The notes beneath the pieces are model-generated. The model saw only the letters and a program-made list of their open reading frames with translations. It made no database searches and was not told the DNA's origin. A stretch of 64,000 nt of DNA from Trichoplax adhaerens (Eukaryota; Animalia; Placozoa): NCBI RefSeq assembly GCF_000150275.1, contig NW_002060959.1:10632-74631 (forward strand), read 5' to 3'. This document shows, in pieces, positions 58,701 through 64,000 of this stretch (position 1 is its first letter; every line of letters begins with the position of its first letter). Position numbers and translations under genes: made by a program.

Positions 58701-61700
58701 GGATTTATTTAATTTAGTAGTCTTGAAATCCAAGGCTACTTCATCCACACGCACACCACTCGGCTAATCATCAACGGATCAGTTAATGAGAGGACCGGGC
58801 TTTATATACTTTCTCTCGGCTGCACAACTTAGATAAATAATTCTAAAACTTATACAGAACTGTATGGCCAACTGTTTACGAAGTCTGTACTTCGTCGCAA
58901 CTGGTGTAACTAATGTTGCCTATTGTGTAAGATTAAGGTTTTACTCGTGCCTAGCGATTGACCGGAAAATTAGACTCGTGCTGCGTACGACGTAAAATTT
59001 AGAAATGTGCAAGCTATTGCATGACGGTAATAAACACTCATTGGAATTTAATTTAGTAATTTAAAAGTGTAAATCGTCGGCTCTTTGGTATCTAGCAGAT
59101 TCAATATCGACTGAATCTTGGCCTGTATCTAGCTTATGCAAGATTACATTTTAAACTACTCAGAATTTTATTAGAAACCGAAAGATAATTGCGGTGTTTT
59201 TGCTATCTCCTTTCTTAGTTATAGCTAAAGTACACAAAAATATCTGAGATATTGCGAATAATGATGAAATTTTCAAGATCAAATTATACCAGTAAGTCAA
59301 TTTTACTTCGATTTTAGCGCTAATGTTAAAGAATAAAATATCTGTATATAGCCTATGAAAGTATTTGCTATAATTCCAGTACTAATGTTAATGTCAATCT
59401 ATTGATTTGCGAAAATTTTAGTTTATTATGCTCTCTATTCAAATATACTGTAAACTATTGATATATATTATACAGAATAAAACTCATAATTATAATAGGA
59501 AGGCTTCTTACTAATACTCTTGCTGCAGATTCTAGGTTACTTATCTATACTTGCAAAAAGCATCTACTACTTTTGGTTGGTCAAACGGATTACGATTCTA
59601 TTCTGCAGCAAAATCTAGGTAGATTACATTCATTACTGTTTAATCAAGGTAAAATCTCCGGTCTACCGGCGATAAAGCTAACAAGATTTTGCTTGAAGAA
59701 GGCCGTCAGTAGAGAAATGAAATAAGCAATTTAGAGTTTATCAGATCTAGCTATGAACATCTCCCAGAATTGAGATTAACTCAAAAAAAAACATGCTAGT
59801 TAGGAAAAGTAACAAAGGAATAAACTGAGTTACTAGCAAATCTAAAATGAATCATTCCTTAAGCTGTGGATTTAGTCAAGAGAACTAATCAAATTCTTTT
59901 TGCTAATGTATTGCTTTCAAATTTTGTCTGTAATTAATTAAATAGTGTATTATATTTTAATCTCAACTAGCTATACCTGGCAACATTGTCCACCCATGGA
60001 CAGATCCACATTCGTAAATTTCATCACAATTGCAATATAACAGCTGTGAGCTGCTCTGGACTGGACTATTCACATCAACAAATGTATTGCAATTTGCACA
60101 CTTTATAAAATATAAACAATCTGAATTTTTGCATCTTGGCATCCGTTCCTTAATCAGTGATGATAATTTATTTCGAATAAATATATATGGTGGTTTTTCA
60201 TTTATAAGTTTTTTTACTTTATCTTCTATCTGTCGTTGTAGGCTAGGTTTATTTGACATCATTCGATAGCGATACTTGATACCAATCCAGGAACTTTCTT
60301 TTTTAACAATAATATCACAACAATATTCTTTCAGACGATATTTTGCACACTTGTAACGTGGCTCAATCTCTGAACTTTGCCATTCTTTATAACAAGATAC
60401 AAGTAAACAAAATAATATGCCATCTGGAATATAAGGCATTTGTGGTGGCTTAAATCCTATGTACAGCCATCCCGATGTTTTATATCCTTTGTCATCAAAT
60501 TCCTGGCTATTTGAACGAAATAAATAGGGCACGAAATACTGATCAGGACAATTGTCATTTTCATTACTGATCTTGCAAATAATGTCGTACGATTCCATTA
60601 AATCCAACAGAAATTTTCTGTCCTTTTCTTCTACTTCGAGCTTGTCAAATTGGTCATTAATATAGCGTGATGACATAATTCCTGAATCTCGAGCAGCTTC
60701 ATATTCTGCGTTTATTCTTAATCCTTTACAAACAGGTTCATCTAACTGAATAATTGTACGGAATATGTTTAATAGCCATTCAACTTGTGTAATAACTTTT
60801 CCTTTAGCAGATTCTTTTTGGCAATAAACAATTTCTCCTAGATCATGCAGATAGAGTAGCATTTGGTGAATATCTTCACTTCCATCGCATAATTGATACT
60901 CTTTCGCTAATTGTTCGATTTCTTCAGCTGCCATAATTCTACTAATTTTTTGATTCAACTTTGTAGAAAATTTTGCCGCTTGTTCGTTAAATCGATCCAA
61001 AGAAGTATGCAGTATAGCTGCCATAATATACCATTTGAATGGAATTTGAGAGAAGTGATCGATAGAAGGTTGATGATTAACAAAATCTCTCATGATATTA
61101 TGCAATTGCCCACAATTTTTTTGACGTTGCAATCGCACTTCTTCGCCATTATCTTCGTCATTACAGTTAAATATTATTTTAGAACCATATATATGATCAG
61201 AATAAGAAGGAAGCTTATTATGAATACATCTACTAAATTTCGAAAATCTTTGCTGACAGGCATTGTTATCACCTATTTTATCAGCATGCGTTCCGACTAA
61301 AATAACTATAGGCCACGCGATATTTTCTAGAGTACCATTAATTTCCGTTACAGTACGAGCATTGCTTGTGCTACTACCAATAATTGAGGCGAGCCATTCT
61401 TGTATAGCCTCCAAATATGTCATTTCGGTATCATTGCCGTCTCGATCAACGACATATTTATCTATATCTTGAGACATATCGAGGACTAACATGTAGATAC
61501 AATTGCAAGATATAAATGGCTGATGTGTTATGTGATAGATAGAATGGCCAGCAAAATCCCATAGTTTACCATAATGGCAGTCATCTATTCCGATATTTTG
61601 GTTGGACTCATAGTGACCTCGAAAGTAATTCTCGAGAAATTCTAGAGGGATGGTCTCTTCATCTGCCGATACAGACTCAGAAAAGGTCGACTCCTCATCT

Positions 61701-63413
61701 TCCAGTACAGACTCAGAAAAGGTCGACTCTTCATCTGCCGATACAGACTCAGAAAAGGTCGACTCCTCATCTTCCAGTACAGACTCAGAAAAGGTCGACT
61801 CTTCATCTGCCGATACAGACTCAGAAAAGGTCGACTCCTCATCTTCCAGTACAGACTTATAATAATCTGATAGAACTTGAGATAACTGTATTGCTTGTCG
61901 AGTATCATAGGAGGAAAAATCTGAAAGCGATTTCTCTAATTTCATTTGGTATTTAATAGTTTCTATTGCTGTAACTACTTTTCTCGCTAGGACAGATATA
62001 AACTCATCGACCGATTTATTATCGACGTTATATGTAAGTAATTTGATAAGTTCTTTCGTTACTACTGCCGCCGTTGTCGGTCCAATTTTACCAATCAATC
62101 CTTGCCGTGTGAAGGCTTGGATAAGACATGATTTTCCGACATTTTGAGGACCTGTTATCAGGAATCTAATGAAATCATTACGACAAGATCCCTCTTTTCT
62201 AGCTTTTGCATACGCTTCCTTATATTCTTTCTCTTGAGTGAATATAAAATTAAATGTCAAAGAATAATTAATACATTTTACCTCTAATAGATACTTCAAA
62301 AGCGTCACCAGGTATATAATTGGAAAATTACATTTTCATAAATTTCCTGACTTAGTAATATTGCTACAGTAACTATCCATGACATGGTATTGTATATAAA
62401 AAATTGCAACTCTTATCATATCTTGCAAAACTTTCATGCACGAACAACTCAACTTTAAAAGAAGAAAGTTGCACAATTAATGTCGTAGTTACCAATTACG
62501 TTCTTGATCAATGTTCCACATACTTAATAAAGAAACCTGATGTGATTTATAGTAATGTGAAAATTGTTTTCCTATAGTATAACATACCTTCTATGATCTT
62601 GGACATCGCATTCCTTTCTTGCTTTTCCAGTTCATTTAGGCGTAGAAACGCTACAATAGTATCGCATAAAATTAATATTACAAAGAGGTTGTCGTACTTA
62701 TTAATTCTTATAACAGCTAAAACTATTTTGATGAAGATTATATAATTATAGGTCTTAATAAGCAAAGTAAATACTGTAGTAGGTACTAATCTTATTATCA
62801 GATAGGCAAGTTGATTTACTTTGCTAATACTCGTTTAAGGATGGAAGTAATATTAACATTTCGAAGTCATAGAAATAAATTAAGAGCATATTTAACATGT
62901 AACATAAAACGCTCAACAAAAATATTATATTCTACTTTGTTTCAATTTTTTAAAATACTACTATTCAACAATATACTCCCACAACTATCAGTGAATCGCA
63001 TTCCTAAGAGCATTCACTAATTTAGTGAATGAGTAAATCAGTTGCGTTCAACAAAGCCATCACATTAATATATGTATGTTACGTATACATAGTTCGTGTA
63101 CCATGATTATAATCGACAATAGAGAACGTATTAAAGATAAAGCAATTTGTCGTACAATAACCTTGATCTCTGTTTATTTCATCGACCATACCACTTTTAC
63201 CAATGCGCAATAAAGCATCATTCAGTCGGTCAATGGTAGCGGATAAGCCGTATTTCGTATGCCATTTCTTGAGAAAAGCCATCGCTTGATGATCTTCTAT
63301 TTTGTATTTTGACTTGATAGCCTTGATGTTAATCGAAGGATCTAAGATCGCTGCTAACCTTGTCCAATCCCCTTTAATCCTGACTGCAATGTTGGAAAAG
63401 TAGACTCTGGGGT
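55763..63413 (-). CDS. Roco-family GTPase: DD - linker - Roc-COR - linkers - DD; 5' end not identified
   Basis: Exons 63413-63162 (DD-B), 62650-62588, 62232-59977 (Roc-COR), 57695-57612, 56509-56426, 56046-55763 (DD-A, stop); all internal exons are multiples of 3 with phase-1 GT-AG borders. Confidence 0.7.
56400..58465. repeat. Tandem duplication (~1.19-kb offset) carrying the 84-nt linker exon and its intron
   Basis: ~56420-57265 aligns with ~57605-58465; a sub-duplication ~56760-56960 also recurs at ~57305-57490. Confidence 0.8.
58468..59095. mobile_element. Possible LTR-like/transposon remnant in a Roco intron
   Basis: GC/CpG-richer block starting where the tandem-duplication homology stops; minus-strand TATA-like (tatataaa, ~58805) then aataaa-like (~58705); no TSD found. 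Confidence 0.3.
59977..62232 (-). CDS. Roc GTPase plus COR domain exon (2256 nt)
   Basis: G1 GPQNVGKS, G3 WDFAGH..Y.ITHQPF, G4 LVGTHAD; COR motifs IPFKW, LLYLHDLGEIVY, WL, YFVPYL; C-terminal CANC..CNC. Confidence 0.9.
61655..61857 (-). repeat. In-frame 72-bp (2 x 36-bp) tandem repeat, ~2.8 copies
   Basis: Encodes (SVLEDEESTFSE SVSADEESTFSE)n; the DNA copies appear identical. Confidence 0.95.
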
Positions 63414-64000
63414 CTATAAATAGTTATTGATAACATAATATAATCATCATATGAAACAGTCATTTCCATTAACTTTCCTATTCGTCGCAATAATGAATTA
63501 ACAGAATACTCTAACTAGTATGTCTTTTTTGAAATATATAATTAATTACATGCTTACAGCCCTCCATTCTTAGAAACTATATTAATAGATTTACAAAGTA
63601 CAATTACGGACCTCTTATGCTATCCATCTTCAGTTAAGATTAAGCTGGTTTGATTTTATACCTGAATTCAGAACATGAGTGAAAGCTAACTGCTATCATT
63701 TTAAGACTAAGTAACAAGTAGAAAGTATAAAATGATACTGATATTAATTATTGATACCTTCAGGTGGAATTTTTTTCTCAATTATTTTCTTTTATCTGGA
63801 TAGTGTAATCGGCTGATTCCTGTCGATTCTAAACTTCGTTAACTTCGACAATTGTTGAAAATCAGTAACAAGGTTACAATACTTATTTCATACTGAATCA
63901 GATGATGAAGTAAAAAACAAGGAAATTATTATTTCAAATACCTATCTAACATTACAGTCTTCCTCTACTTAACTGCATTAATAACAAAAAAACGATAGCT

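Noticed and set aside
61655-61857. CRISPR-like 36-bp periodicity
   Set aside because: No unique spacers, in-frame coding repeat, eukaryotic context
60030-61908. ORFs overlapping the Roc-COR exon
   Set aside because: Alternative-frame or antisense readings, partly kept open by the tandem repeat
63758-63830. Candidate upstream Roco exon ending CCTGAAG|gtat
   Set aside because: In-frame stops with the acceptors tested; cannot be placed in the phase-1 chain

Overview
AT-rich, intron-containing animal genomic DNA with short GT-AG introns and one 831-N gap. The style suggests an early-branching metazoan such as a placozoan, which is an inference only. The centre holds an intact type I fatty acid synthase gene (FASN; minus strand, 7 coding exons, ~2551 aa). 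Around it lies a rapidly rearranging innate-immunity/cell-death cluster built almost entirely from symmetrical phase-1 exon cassettes. The cluster comprises (i) a CARD-death domain (DD)-partial TIR gene (2303-8154, +), (ii) a triple-DD gene (28041-31389, +), whose terminal DD exon is also duplicated at the window start, and (iii) a DD-Roc-COR-DD Roco GTPase gene (63413-55763, -). The same linker+DD cassette is re-used in all three genes. Also present: a CARD paralog whose two CARD exons are cleanly inverted in place and interrupted by a 261-bp solo-LTR-like insert with a 5-bp target-site duplication (TSD), a sigma-like GST pseudogene, a stray copy of the FASN 3' end, a tandem family of secreted Cys-rich proteins with a fibrinogen-like N-terminus (2 intact, 1 pseudogene, 1 fragment), and many short segmental duplications. 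All exon models were read by eye from splice signals and translation and need RNA confirmation.
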